Origin: Calditrichota bacterium
GTDB taxonomy: Bacteria > Zhuqueibacterota > Zhuqueibacteria > JANLFK01 > Oleimicrobiaceae
Reading direction: 5' to 3'
Length of the DNA: 64,000 bases
Assembly: GCA_014359355.1 (NCBI GenBank)
Contig: JACIZP010000177.1
Coordinates: forward strand, 662-64,661
Shown here in pieces: positions 17,793 through 27,535 of the stretch. Each line of letters starts with the position of its first letter. Position 1 is the first letter of the stretch. The notes beneath the pieces were generated by a model. The model did not search any database. It saw nothing but the letters and a program-made list of their open reading frames with translations, and had not been told where the DNA came from. A program made the translations under genes and the position numbers.

Positions 17793-19028
17793 CTATTCGT
17801 AACGCAGGGCGACGATGGGGTCAAGCCGCGAGGCCTTCCAGGCCGGATAAAGGCCAGCGAACATCCCCACGCCGCATGAAAACCCCAACCCCAAGAGCAC
17901 GGCACTCGGGGCAATGGTGGCTTCCAAAACGGGCAGCCGCCCCAAGAGCATGCCCACCCCAAAGCCGAGCCCGAGGCCGATTAGCCCGCCCAGGGCGCTG
18001 ATGACCACCGACTCCACAAGAAACTGCAGCATCACATCGGAGCGGCGTGCGCCCACTGCCTTGCGGATGCCGATCTCGCGCGTCCGTTCCGTCACCGAGA
18101 CCAGCATAATGTTCATGATGCCAATGCCCCCGACTAACAGCGACAATGCCCCGATGCCAAAGGCGACGGCGTAGAGCACCCGTGTCAGATTTTTGTAGAG
18201 GTTTTCCAAAATGTCCTGGCGGTTGATGGCAAAGTCGTTCTCCTTGTCCGGCGGCACCTGCCGCACCCGGCGCAAGATGCCGATGATCTCATCTTCCGCA
18301 TCGGCAAGCCGGGAGGCGTCGACGACCTTCACCAGAATCGTCAGGCTGCGCCGCGAGCCGTACAGCTTCTGGAAGATGGAGAGGGGCACCATGACCACGA
18401 TGTCATTGTTCCGCCCGAGCACCTCCCCTTGCTTTTCCAGCACGCCGACCACGGTGAACTTGTGGTCCCCCACGGTGATCTTGCGCCCGATGGGGTCGAC
18501 GCGGTCAAAGAGCTTGGCGGCCACCTCCTGGCCGATCACGCACACCGCGTGTCGTCGCTCCACGTCCGTTTCGGTGATGAACCGACCGAACTCTGGCAAC
18601 ACATTGGCCGCGTCCTTGTAGTTGGCCTCCACGGCGTAGATGGTGACGTCGCTCAGCTTGGTGCTGCCGTACTTGACTGTGCGCCGCGTGCCGGTCATTG
18701 GCGAGACCACCGTGGCCAAGGTGCAGAAGCGCTTCAAGGCATCGGCTTCCTTGGTGGTGATGTTCTTGCGATTGCGATACTTATAGAACTCCCGCCCAGA
18801 GACCCAAGGAAACTTTTGCACGTAGAGCAAGTCAGCGCCCAGGCCGGCGATCTGCGAGTAGACGGCCTTGTTGAGTCCCTGAATGACCGACACAATCCCG
18901 GTGATGGTGGTGACACCGATAATGATGCCCAGCACGGTGAGGAAGGCGCGCATCTTGTGTGCCCACAAGGCCAACACTGCCATGCGGGCGCTGTCCCACA
19001 ATGCTGTGGCAAAACGGATCATGCTCAC
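17793..19028 (-). CDS. ABC transporter permease, FtsX/MacB family (second paralog)
   Basis: 411 aa; same architecture, 'ERTREIGIRKAVGARRSDVMLQFLVESVVI'; 4 nt from downstream paralog. Confidence 0.8.
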   Translation of the reverse strand: MSMIRFATALWDSARMAVLALWAHKMRAFLTVLGIIIGVTTITGIVSVIQGLNKAVYSQIAGLGADLLYVQKFPWVSGREFYKYRNRKNITTKEADALKRFCTLATVVSPMTGTRRTVKYGSTKLSDVTIYAVEANYKDAANVLPEFGRFITETDVERRHAVCVIGQEVAAKLFDRVDPIGRKITVGDHKFTVVGVLEKQGEVLGRNNDIVVMVPLSIFQKLYGSRRSLTILVKVVDASRLADAEDEIIGILRRVRQVPPDKENDFAINRQDILENLYKNLTRVLYAVAFGIGALSLLVGGIGIMNIMLVSVTERTREIGIRKAVGARRSDVMLQFLVESVVISALGGLIGLGLGFGVGMLLGRLPVLEATIAPSAVLLGLGFSCGVGMFAGLYPAWKASRLDPIVALRYE

Positions 19029-19046
19029 CTCTCCTGGCCCGGTCTG

Positions 19047-19727
19047 TCAGTTGATGGCTTCGTCGCGCTCGATCATGCCGTCGCGAAGGCGGATGATGCG
19101 GTTGGTGTGCTCGGCGATGTACTCTTCGTGGGTGACCAAGATGATGGTGTTCCCTGCCTCGTGCAACTTCTCGAAAATGTCCATGATTTCTTGCCCAGTG
19201 CGCGTGTCGAGGTTGCCCGTGGGCTCATCAGCCAGAATGATCGAGGGCCTGTTGACCAAGGCGCGGGCAATGGCCACCCGCTGCCGTTGTCCACCGGAGA
19301 GTTCGTTGGGGCGATGGTGCATGCGGTCGGCGAGCCCCACCTTGGCCAGCGCCTCCTCGGCCAGTTGCCGTCGCTTGCTCGCCGGCGTGCCGTTGTAGAT
19401 GAGCGGCAGTTCCACATTGTGCAGAGCGTCGGCGCGGGGCAAGAGGTTGAAGGTCTGAAAGACAAAGCCGATCTCGCGATTGCGAATCCCTGCCAGTTGG
19501 TCGTCGTCCATGGTCCCCACGTTCTGCCCTTTGAAGAGGTAGCGTCCGGAGGTGGGGGTGTCCAGGCAACCGAGGATGTTCATCATGGTCGACTTGCCTG
19601 ACCCCGAGGGTCCCATGATGGCCAAGTATTCGTTCTCCTCGACGCGCAGGGAGACACCGCGCAACGCGTGCACGCGCTCGGCACCGACCTCGTAAATCTT
19701 CACCACATTCTCAAGCTCGATCAACAT
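19047..19727 (-). CDS. ABC transporter ATP-binding protein, MacB/LolD-type
   Basis: Walker [10 protein letters not shown], signature [15 protein letters not shown], Walker [14 protein letters not shown]-loop. Confidence 0.9.
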   Translation of the reverse strand: MLIELENVVKIYEVGAERVHALRGVSLRVEENEYLAIMGPSGSGKSTMMNILGCLDTPTSGRYLFKGQNVGTMDDDQLAGIRNREIGFVFQTFNLLPRADALHNVELPLIYNGTPASKRRQLAEEALAKVGLADRMHHRPNELSGGQRQRVAIARALVNRPSIILADEPTGNLDTRTGQEIMDIFEKLHEAGNTIILVTHEEYIAEHTNRIIRLRDGMIERDEAIN

Positions 19728-19786
19728 CTACCACCTCGACAGTTCTGCCTTCCGCAAAGGGACGGCCCCGAAGTCGCCCCGCCCGG

Positions 19787-21072
19787 CTACTTCTTCTCCT
19801 TGGCCACGGGCAGCTTACCGGAGCTAATCTTCACGGCAGCGCCATTCTTGAGCTCTTTGGAAAGCACGCGATAGCTGCCGGTGACCACCTGTTCACCCTC
19901 GCTTACCCCGCTGACGATCTCGATGTCCGTCTCGCTGCTGATACCGGTCACCACCGGGCGCATCTTGGCGACGCCGCCTTCGACCACAAAGACCACTTCG
20001 ATCTGCTTGGGGGCGGCCTGCGCCTTCTTTTCCTCCTCAGACGGTGGCGGTCCGAAACCCTCCATGCTCTCGTCCCTGGTGCCGCCCTTCTTGCGCCGCC
20101 ATTTCGAACCGCCCGCTTGGGCCAGCATTGTCGTATCCTCGGGCGTACGCATGGTGATGCACTGGATGGGGACGTAGAGCGCCTGGTCTTTCGACTTTGT
20201 TTCGATCTCCACGGTGGCCGACATGCCTGGTCTGAGCTGGGGCACGCGGTCCACCACCGACACTTTCACCTCAAAGTTGGTGATCTCCTCCTGGGTGCCA
20301 CGCCCCCGGGTGATGGCGGTGTGGGCGACTTCACGCACCCGCCCCCGCAGTACAGTGTCGGGGATGGCGTCCACCTGGATGCGCGCGCTCTGCCCCTCGG
20401 TCACGTCCACCACATCATTCTCGTCGATCTCGGCGACCACCTCCATGCGCTCCAGGTCGGCAACCTCCATGATGACGTCTGCCTGGAACTGGGAGCCCAG
20501 GGTTATCTCACCCACCTCCTTGTTCAGCTTGATGACGGTCCCATCGATCGGCGACGTAATCGTGGTCTTGGCGAGGTTGTCCTCGGCCTGGGCCAAGGTG
20601 GCCTGGGCCTGTTCGACCTCGCTTTCGGCAAGCATTAACGCCGCCTCGACCGTCTGGAGCTGCGCCAACGAGGTCAGCTTCTGCGCGTAGAGCTCCTTGG
20701 CGCGCTCGTACTCGGCGCGCGTCTTGGTCAGGTTAGCCCGTGCCGATTTCAGGGTCGAGCGCGCCCTTTCCACTGCCGCCTCGTACTGTTCACGCTCCAA
20801 GCGAACCAGGAGCTGCCCACGTCGCACCTGTTGGCCCTCGCGCACCGGCAGCTCCACGATCTTGCCGGCCACATGCGCGGCGATGTTCACCTTGAGCTCC
20901 GGTTGCACCTTCCCCGAGCCGGAGACGATCTGGGTGATCGTCCCCCGCTTGACCGGCGCCACCGTCACCTCGAGTGCCTTCTTCTTGGCTGACTGGCTGC
21001 CGAGTATCACGGCCAGCGCTATGACAACCGCCAGGCCCACCAGGAAAATGACTGTTCTCTTCTTCTTCGCCA
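19787..21072 (-). CDS. Periplasmic adaptor subunit (MacA/HlyD-family membrane fusion protein)
   Basis: Start at MAKKKRTVIFLVGLAVV (N-terminal TM anchor); long coiled-coil segment (REQYEAAVERARSTLKSARANLTKTRAEYERAKELYAQ); beta-barrel/MP domains. Confidence 0.8.
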
Positions 21073-21102
21073 TTGCCACTTCTCCAGCTGTGTCACCTTC
21101 AA

Positions 21103-21564
21103 CTATGGGGAAAGGAGCGTGAACACCTGACTGCGCATGAATTGTCCGTCCAGATAGACCTCCACCCACCAATCACCTGCCGGTGCAGAGGCCGCCGTAT
21201 CCAAGTAGAACCAGGTGACCGCATGCCCGCTGTCGGAGGTCAACTCCACCTCGCGATGGCCCTGGAGCTGCCCCTCGGGGTCGAACCATTTGGCCCCCAC
21301 TGTGTGCGTCTTGTACCAGTTGCCCCACCTGATCCAGAGGTAGACGACGTCATCCACCCGAAACGTGGCAGTCACCAGGACCGGATGCGACTCTTCGTCC
21401 ACCGCGACGCAGGTGAAGCACTCGATGATGTACGGCTCATCCTTGGTGGGCGCCACTACGCCGCCCCCTTCGCCCTCTATTTTCTCGCAACCGGGCAGCC
21501 CGGCCAGCCCTAAGAGGCAAGCAAGGAGGCCAACAATCGAGCCGCGTGCCATTGGCAACACCAT
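21103..21564 (-). CDS. Small lipoprotein, hypothetical (between TolC and adaptor genes)
   Basis: 153 aa; signal peptide ending LAGLPGC (probable lipobox Cys); no recognisable domain. Confidence 0.45.
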   Translation of the reverse strand: MVLPMARGSIVGLLACLLGLAGLPGCEKIEGEGGGVVAPTKDEPYIIECFTCVAVDEESHPVLVTATFRVDDVVYLWIRWGNWYKTHTVGAKWFDPEGQLQGHREVELTSDSGHAVTWFYLDTAASAPAGDWWVEVYLDGQFMRSQVFTLLSP

Positions 21565-21575
21565 GGGAGCCTTTC

Positions 21576-22964
21576 TCAGGACCCCTGGCCGACTTTGCCC
21601 AAGCTGCCCATCAGAGCTTCGAGAGTGGCCCGAGCAACTTGGCTATCGTATTTGGCGCCGATCACGATCTGCTTGGCGCGGGTGACCGCCACGCGCGCGT
21701 CGTTGATCTCCAATAGCGTGCCAGACCCCACCCGGTAGCGCTCCTCTGCCAAGCGCAGGTCCTCTTCGGCGGCCAGCAAGTTGTCGCGATTGATGCGGGC
21801 GATCTCCTGCACCGCCTCAAGGTAGAGGAAGGCCTGGTTGACGCGCAGCGCCAACTGTCGCAATTTGTCGGCATGCTCTTCCTGCACGCTGCGGTAGGAA
21901 GCGGCCTCGCGCTCCACCGCCGCCTTGTCCGCAAAGCCCCGGAAGAGGTTCAGGTCCACCTGCATGCCCAAGGAAAGGTAGTAATCTCGATTCAGGTCCT
22001 TCGAGTAGACTTTGTCGAAGAACTCGTTGTCGCGCGAATACGTAAGCCCGAGAGAAAAGGTGGGCAAGTAGGCCAGTTTGGCCGCGCGCACCCCCAGGCG
22101 AGCGGCCTCTAACGACTGCCGTAGCTCGCGCAGCTCCGGGTTGTTCTGCAAGGCCACTTCCAGCACCTGTTCGCGGGTGTACGGAAACGGCGTCTCGGCC
22201 GCCTCCACTTCCACCACCGAGAGTTCCGCCTCCGGATCGCGCCCCATGGCGACGTTCAGGTTCCCCTTGGCCGCACGCACCTCGTTTTCCTGGGAGATGA
22301 CGTTGATTTTGGCTTCGCCCACGGTCACCCTGGCCTTGTACACATCGCCCTGCGCCGCTGCGCCAAGCTCAAACATGCTCTGCGTACGCCTGAGCTGTTC
22401 TTCCGCCGACTGCAGCGCTTCCCGATATACCTCCAAAAGCTTCGTGGCTTTGAGCAGGGCGAAGTATTTCGTGTACACATCCAGGACGACTGCCTGCTGG
22501 GCCGCGATGAACGCCTGCTCGGCTGCTTGCTGGCGCGAACGCGCCTGCTGCAGGAGGCTGATGCTCCGCCCCCAGTCGAACAGGTTCTGCGCCACCGACA
22601 GCCTGGCGTAATGGCTGTTGCGTTCCACGCCCTTTTGCACAATCTCGCGCTGTTCGTAGATGACCTGGCCGGTCTGCGGATCATAGCCCACCGGCACGTC
22701 CATCTTGCGAATGCGGTCGCCTTGGATGAACCGCCCCGAGGCGAAACTGGCGTTCACGTGGGGCAGGAGGCCGGACCACGTGCCCAGCACGGTGGCCTCC
22801 GCCAGATCCACCCCAAACTCCGCCTTGCGCACCCCGGCGTTCTTTTCGAGGGCCAGGGCGACACAATCCTCCAAGGTGAAAGGGCGCCCCGCCTGTTGCG
22901 CCTCAAGCCCCCCAGCTGCCGCAAGCACGCACAGAGTTGCAACGACCACACCAACTCTTGTCAT
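21576..22964 (-). CDS. TolC-family outer-membrane efflux protein
   Basis: 462 aa; signal peptide; 'LTLEDCVALALEKNAGVRKAEFGVDLAEA' OEP-repeat start, two repeat halves with coiled-coil heptads. Confidence 0.8.
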   Translation of the reverse strand: MTRVGVVVATLCVLAAAGGLEAQQAGRPFTLEDCVALALEKNAGVRKAEFGVDLAEATVLGTWSGLLPHVNASFASGRFIQGDRIRKMDVPVGYDPQTGQVIYEQREIVQKGVERNSHYARLSVAQNLFDWGRSISLLQQARSRQQAAEQAFIAAQQAVVLDVYTKYFALLKATKLLEVYREALQSAEEQLRRTQSMFELGAAAQGDVYKARVTVGEAKINVISQENEVRAAKGNLNVAMGRDPEAELSVVEVEAAETPFPYTREQVLEVALQNNPELRELRQSLEAARLGVRAAKLAYLPTFSLGLTYSRDNEFFDKVYSKDLNRDYYLSLGMQVDLNLFRGFADKAAVEREAASYRSVQEEHADKLRQLALRVNQAFLYLEAVQEIARINRDNLLAAEEDLRLAEERYRVGSGTLLEINDARVAVTRAKQIVIGAKYDSQVARATLEALMGSLGKVGQGS

Positions 22965-22991
22965 CTCTTTGCTCCCGGAATGCCCGCCGGC

Positions 22992-23702
22992 CTAAGTGAG
23001 CGCCGCGGTGATCGCCGCCGCAGCCAGCGCGTAGACGATGTAGAGCGCCACCACGCCGGTGGCTGCCTTCTTCACGGTGAAGCGGTAAATGACCGCCATG
23101 CCAATGCACACCAGCACCAGCTCCCACAGCGAGAAGACATCGGTGCGCGCCAGGAGCTGGTAAAGAAAGGTGCCCTTCTGCTCGGGGTCAAGGAACGCGG
23201 CCAGGCTGGTCTGCACGTTCACTGTGCCCCGGGAGAGCATGAGCGGCGTCTTGACAATGGTGGCCAGGACACCGATCAGCGAGGTCCAGGTGTACATGGC
23301 AAACACCTTCTTGAAGTTGCTCGCGCCACCCAGGACGATGTTTCCTAAGAAAAGGAGGGCCAATGTGACGACCACTATGACGACCACCGCACCCACTGGT
23401 GCCATCACCGGGCCGGTGATCCGGCCGATCTTGGCCCCCACTTCCAGAGCCCGGTCTGCTTCCTCTGGAGTCATGCCCCGCTGTTCGATCAGCTTGTCCC
23501 GCTGCTTGGCCATGCCCTCTTCCATGGCCATCGGCGTGATGAAGATGGCGGCAACCACGGTGGCAATGACCACCAGCACCAGCGGCAGAACCCACCGGGG
23601 CCGGCGGTCGATCGCCTCATAGGCCTCACGCGGACTGACGAAAATGTTGACCAACGTCCCCAACAGGGAATCCCCCTGCCCAGACACTTGTGGATTCTCC
23701 AT
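22992..23702 (-). CDS. Yip1-domain membrane protein
   Basis: 236 aa; 'LLGTLVNIFVSPREAYEAIDRRPRWVLPLVLV' plus five TM helices typical of the Yip1/DUF1282 family. Confidence 0.6.
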   Translation of the reverse strand: MENPQVSGQGDSLLGTLVNIFVSPREAYEAIDRRPRWVLPLVLVVIATVVAAIFITPMAMEEGMAKQRDKLIEQRGMTPEEADRALEVGAKIGRITGPVMAPVGAVVVIVVVTLALLFLGNIVLGGASNFKKVFAMYTWTSLIGVLATIVKTPLMLSRGTVNVQTSLAAFLDPEQKGTFLYQLLARTDVFSLWELVLVCIGMAVIYRFTVKKAATGVVALYIVYALAAAAITAALT

Positions 23703-23877
23703 GCTCGTTTCCTCCGCAGCTTAGTCCTTCTGCAGCGCAGCGACCACCTGCTCTGCCTGCATGGCGCCGGCACTGCAACCACTCACCGAGTATACACTTC
23801 ACCATCGGCAGTTATTGCAAGCCAGCTCCACCAAAAAAACCAGAAGATGGAACGAAAAACCGCCACAAAAGTTTCGG

Positions 23878-25290
23878 TCAAGGCATGCGCTTTTTCGTGG
23901 GTTCGCCGCTGGCCAGCACCTCGTCTTTGATGGAAAGCAGATAGTGGTAGGCCGCATCGTGCTCGTTGGGGATCTGGCCGTCCAGGATCGCCTCCTCAAT
24001 CATCTTTTTCAGGCGCCCGACCATGGGGCCCGGTCCAATGCCGCACACAGCCATGATTTCGTCGCCGCGCACCGGCGACTGGAAGGCGCGCATGCGGTCT
24101 TTCTCTTCGACCTCATGGATGCGCTGCACCAGATGGTCGAAGTTGGCCAAGTGCTGGCTCACCCGCGCCGGGTTGCCCGAGGTGATGTCCGCCCGGCAGA
24201 GGATGAAGAGGTCCTCCAGGTGCTCGCCTGCCTGAACGATGAGCCGGCGTATGGCCGAATCGGTGACTCCTTCGTCCGCCAGGTGAATGGGGCGCAGGTG
24301 CAGGCGAATGAGTTTCTCCGCGTACTTCTCCACGTCGTTGGGCAGGCGCAGCCGCCGACAGATGCCCTTAATCATGCGAGCACCGATCTCGTCATGCCCG
24401 TGAAAAGTCCACCCCACGCGCGGCACAAAGGCCTTGGTCTGCGGCTTGGCCACGTCGTGGAAAAGCGCCGCAAAGCGCAGCGGAAAACTCTGGCTGACTG
24501 CCGCCACATTGTCCAGGACCTTCAGCGTGTGGAGGAAGACATCCTTGTGATGATGGCGGCCGATCTGCTCCACTCCCTTGAGCGCGCTGATCTCGGGCAG
24601 CACCACTTCCAGCACCCTGGTCTCATCCATCAGTTTGAAGCCGATGGACGGACGGCTCGCCAAGAGGATCTTGCGCAGCTCCTCGCTGATGCGCTCCTGG
24701 GAGACGATGGCGAGCCGCTCGCGCATGGCGGCAATCGCGGCCTTGGTGCGTTTTTCCAGGCGAAAATCAAGCTGGGTGGCGAAGCGTATGGCCCGCATGA
24801 TGCGCAGCGGGTCGTCCTGAAAAGTCACCTCGGGGTCCAGCGGGGTGCGCACCAGGCGGTGCTCCATGTCTTGCCTGCCGCCGAAGGGATCCACCAGCTC
24901 CATCCAGGAGGCGCTATTTAAAGACAGGGCCATGGCGTTGATGGTAAAGTCCCGCCTGGCCAAGTCATCGGCAAGGGTGGCCTTGCGCACCGAGGGCTTG
25001 CGCGAGTGGGGCTCGTAGCTTTCGGCTCTGGCCGAGACAAACTCCAACTTGCGGCCGTCCAGCAGGAAGGAGGCGGTACAGAACTTGTCGTACACTACAA
25101 AGCCCGTGCCCTGCAGCCTCTTCTTGACCAGGCGCGCGAACTCCGGGCCGTCGCCCACCACGACAAAGTCGATATCGGCGCTGTCCATGCCGCGCAGACG
25201 GTCGCGCACAAAGCCCCCAACGGCATAGACCGGCAGGCCTTGCTCGTCAGCCAGGGCCCCTATCTGGGCCAGTATCTCTTCAGTGGTCAC
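23878..25290 (-). CDS. cca: CCA tRNA nucleotidyltransferase with HD domain
   Basis: 'VYAVGGFVRDRLRGMDSADIDFVV' polymerase-beta head motif, 'RDFTINAMA', HD domain (HHHKDVFLHTLKVLDN...FAALFHDVAKP). Confidence 0.85.
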   Translation of the reverse strand: MTTEEILAQIGALADEQGLPVYAVGGFVRDRLRGMDSADIDFVVVGDGPEFARLVKKRLQGTGFVVYDKFCTASFLLDGRKLEFVSARAESYEPHSRKPSVRKATLADDLARRDFTINAMALSLNSASWMELVDPFGGRQDMEHRLVRTPLDPEVTFQDDPLRIMRAIRFATQLDFRLEKRTKAAIAAMRERLAIVSQERISEELRKILLASRPSIGFKLMDETRVLEVVLPEISALKGVEQIGRHHHKDVFLHTLKVLDNVAAVSQSFPLRFAALFHDVAKPQTKAFVPRVGWTFHGHDEIGARMIKGICRRLRLPNDVEKYAEKLIRLHLRPIHLADEGVTDSAIRRLIVQAGEHLEDLFILCRADITSGNPARVSQHLANFDHLVQRIHEVEEKDRMRAFQSPVRGDEIMAVCGIGPGPMVGRLKKMIEEAILDGQIPNEHDAAYHYLLSIKDEVLASGEPTKKRMP

Positions 25291-25319
25291 GTTGCCTCAG
25301 GAATCCGAAAATCCTCGCT

Positions 25320-26993
25320 CTACAACTTCCCCGACCGCAGTATGGCCACCACTAACCACACCCCCAGCAGGCCGGCAAATGCATAGCCCACGATCCCCAG
25401 GACCGAAATACCCAGCAGCGACGGCCCCACATGCGCCGCGATAATCATGGAGGAAGCAACGATGAGCGCAGCGATGATCAGGCTGAAGGAGAGCCGGTTA
25501 GAGGAACGGTCAATCTCCCGAATGAGGTTCTCCAACCCTTGATGCCTAAGCTCGGCGCCGATCTTTCCGGCGCTCACACGTCGCAGCAGCACCTCCATTT
25601 CGTGGGGCAAGGTCAAGGCGAGCTGGTACAGGTCGCGCAGGCCTCTTCCCAGCTGATAGGCAACCCGTCCCGGTTCGAACTGCCGCCACATGAGCTTGCG
25701 CGCATAGGGACCGATGGCCGCCGCAAAGGAAAAGTCGGGGTCCAGCTTCTCGGCAATGTCCTCGTAGGAGCCCAAGGTCTTGCCCAAGAGCATCAAGTTG
25801 GAGGGGACGCGCAGCCGGTGCCGCGCCAAAACCGCAACGGCATCGTCGAGTACCGCCTTCATCCGCAATTTGCCCAAGTTGACGCCGTAGTAGCGGTCGA
25901 TGAACTCGCCGATGTCCAGGCGCAGCAGCCGCTCGTCGCTGCCCTGGGGCACAATCCCCATCTGGGCCATGACGCGCAGGATGAGGCTCACGTCGCGCCG
26001 GGTCACCCCCACCAGAAGGTCCGCGAACAGAGCAAGCATCTGGTCGTCCAGCCGACCCATGATGCCAAAGTCCACCGGGGCGATCGTCCCATCTCTGCGC
26101 ACCAGCAGGTTGCCAGGGTGCGGATCGGCGTGGAAGAAGCCGTCTTCAAAAACCTGCTTCAGGACAAAGTCGGTGCCGCGCCGCACCAAGGCCTTCAGGT
26201 CGACGCCCATGGCGCGGAGACTCTCCACGTCGGAGATCTTTACTCCCTCCACATACTCCAGCGTCAGCACCCGGGACGTCGTCAGCTCCCAAAACACGGC
26301 CGGCACATGTACTCCCGGGAGTGTGGCGCAGTTGCGGGCGAAGAGCTCCACATTGCGCGCCTCGCTCATAAAGTCCAACTCGCGCCTGGTGGTCCTGGCC
26401 AACTCCTCCACCATCCCCACCGGGTCGAACTGGTGGCTCTCCGGGACATGCCGTTCGATGAGGCGCGCCAAGTCCAAGAGGATCTCCATATCCACTTCGA
26501 TGAGCTCGCCGATGCGCGGTCGCTGGATTTTGACCACCACTTCCTGTCCATCCACGGTGCGGGCACGATGCACCTGGGCAATAGATGCCGATGCCAGCGG
26601 CTCGTTGTCGATGGAAGCGAACCGCGCGAGAGCCGGTTCCTGGAGCTCCTGGTGCAGTGTCTGCTCCAGAACAGAAAACGGCTCCGGCCGCACCTGATCC
26701 TGGAGGAGGGCAAGCTCGGCAAGAAGGTCGGCAGGCACCAGGAACGACCGCGTGCTGAGCACCTGGCCAAGTTTCACGAACGTGGGGCCAAGCTCCTCCA
26801 AGGCCATGCGAATGCGCCTGGCGGTGGTAACGCCTTCCACCCCACGCCGCACGCGCGCAAGTCGCCGCCCCAAGTGCAAGTAGGCAGCCAGGTCCAGCCT
26901 TTCCGCCAGGTCAGCGAACCCGTACTTGATGAGCACCATGGCGATCTGGCGGTAGCGCTTGAGGTGGCGATATCGCCGGTGAATCGTTAGCAC
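25320..26993 (-). CDS. ubiB: UbiB/ABC1 (AarF) atypical kinase family protein
   Basis: 'EELGPTFVKLGQVLSTRSFLVPADL' ABC1-family signature; two C-terminal TM helices; GTG start with AAGGAG RBS placed at 26993 (ORF track extends further to 27095). Confidence 0.8.
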   Translation of the reverse strand: MLTIHRRYRHLKRYRQIAMVLIKYGFADLAERLDLAAYLHLGRRLARVRRGVEGVTTARRIRMALEELGPTFVKLGQVLSTRSFLVPADLLAELALLQDQVRPEPFSVLEQTLHQELQEPALARFASIDNEPLASASIAQVHRARTVDGQEVVVKIQRPRIGELIEVDMEILLDLARLIERHVPESHQFDPVGMVEELARTTRRELDFMSEARNVELFARNCATLPGVHVPAVFWELTTSRVLTLEYVEGVKISDVESLRAMGVDLKALVRRGTDFVLKQVFEDGFFHADPHPGNLLVRRDGTIAPVDFGIMGRLDDQMLALFADLLVGVTRRDVSLILRVMAQMGIVPQGSDERLLRLDIGEFIDRYYGVNLGKLRMKAVLDDAVAVLARHRLRVPSNLMLLGKTLGSYEDIAEKLDPDFSFAAAIGPYARKLMWRQFEPGRVAYQLGRGLRDLYQLALTLPHEMEVLLRRVSAGKIGAELRHQGLENLIREIDRSSNRLSFSLIIAALIVASSMIIAAHVGPSLLGISVLGIVGYAFAGLLGVWLVVAILRSGKL

Positions 26994-27066
26994 GTCTGCT
27001 CCTTTGCTTGCGGTCGGCTCCCGGGTCTCTGCTTCCGCGAAGGAGCCCAACTGCCGGTGACGAGTT

Positions 27067-27111
27067 AATTTAACAAACGCCCGACCAAAAATCAACGCGT
27101 TTGTGGGTGGC
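27067..27111. repeat. Intergenic motif copy A (AATTTAACAAAC...AAAAATCAACGCGTTTGTGGGTGGC)
   Basis: Near-identical to copy B at 44694-44729 (AATTTAGCAAAA AAAAATCAAGACGTTTGTGAGGGTGGC); both lie in divergent promoter regions. Confidence 0.5.
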
Positions 27112-27423
27112 CGGCATCCGGTCAGACCGTCTCATTTCTAACACACTGTGTCACCGTGTCGCAACGCCTGCGCTTCTCCTGCACCACGGCGCGAAACGGA
27201 AACGATGGAGCCAAACAACGATGGGCCGGAAGATGCTGTTGTCTCGTGACTTAGCTTACCAAGAGCAACATTGGGTGTCCCGGCGCTTCCAAAATCGGGC
27301 GCCGAGGCGGTTTCGGGCATGGCATTACTTTTGCGGGCTGTCTGGCGTAACGAGTGGGCCTTCCGCGGCGAGGGCGCGTCCCTTGTAGTGAGTGTCCAGG
27401 CCCACAAGTTGTTCAAAAAGTGC

Positions 27424-27451
27424 TTGCTTTTGTGAATTCAATTGCTAATTT
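27424..27451 (+). promoter_or_regulatory. Candidate sigma70-like promoter (TTGCTT-16-TAATTT) for the giant surface-protein gene
   Basis: AT-rich island ~80 nt upstream of ATG 27536. Confidence 0.3.
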
Positions 27452-27535
27452 TACACGCTGTGAAGCGGGTGGGATGAACGGTATCGGTCGTCACTCTCTG
27501 CTTCAGGGGCACAACCATAAGCAGTGGAGGCTGAG

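Noticed and set aside
18429-19601. 390-aa ORF on + strand spanning permease/ATPase genes
   Set aside because: Crosses two real genes on the opposite strand; shadow ORF
23761-24921. 386-aa ORF on + strand
   Set aside because: Antisense to the well-supported cca gene; typical high-GC shadow ORF
25431-26990. 519-aa ORF on + strand
   Set aside because: Antisense shadow of the ubiB gene in GC-rich DNA; no RBS, low-complexity Arg/Gly/His-rich translation
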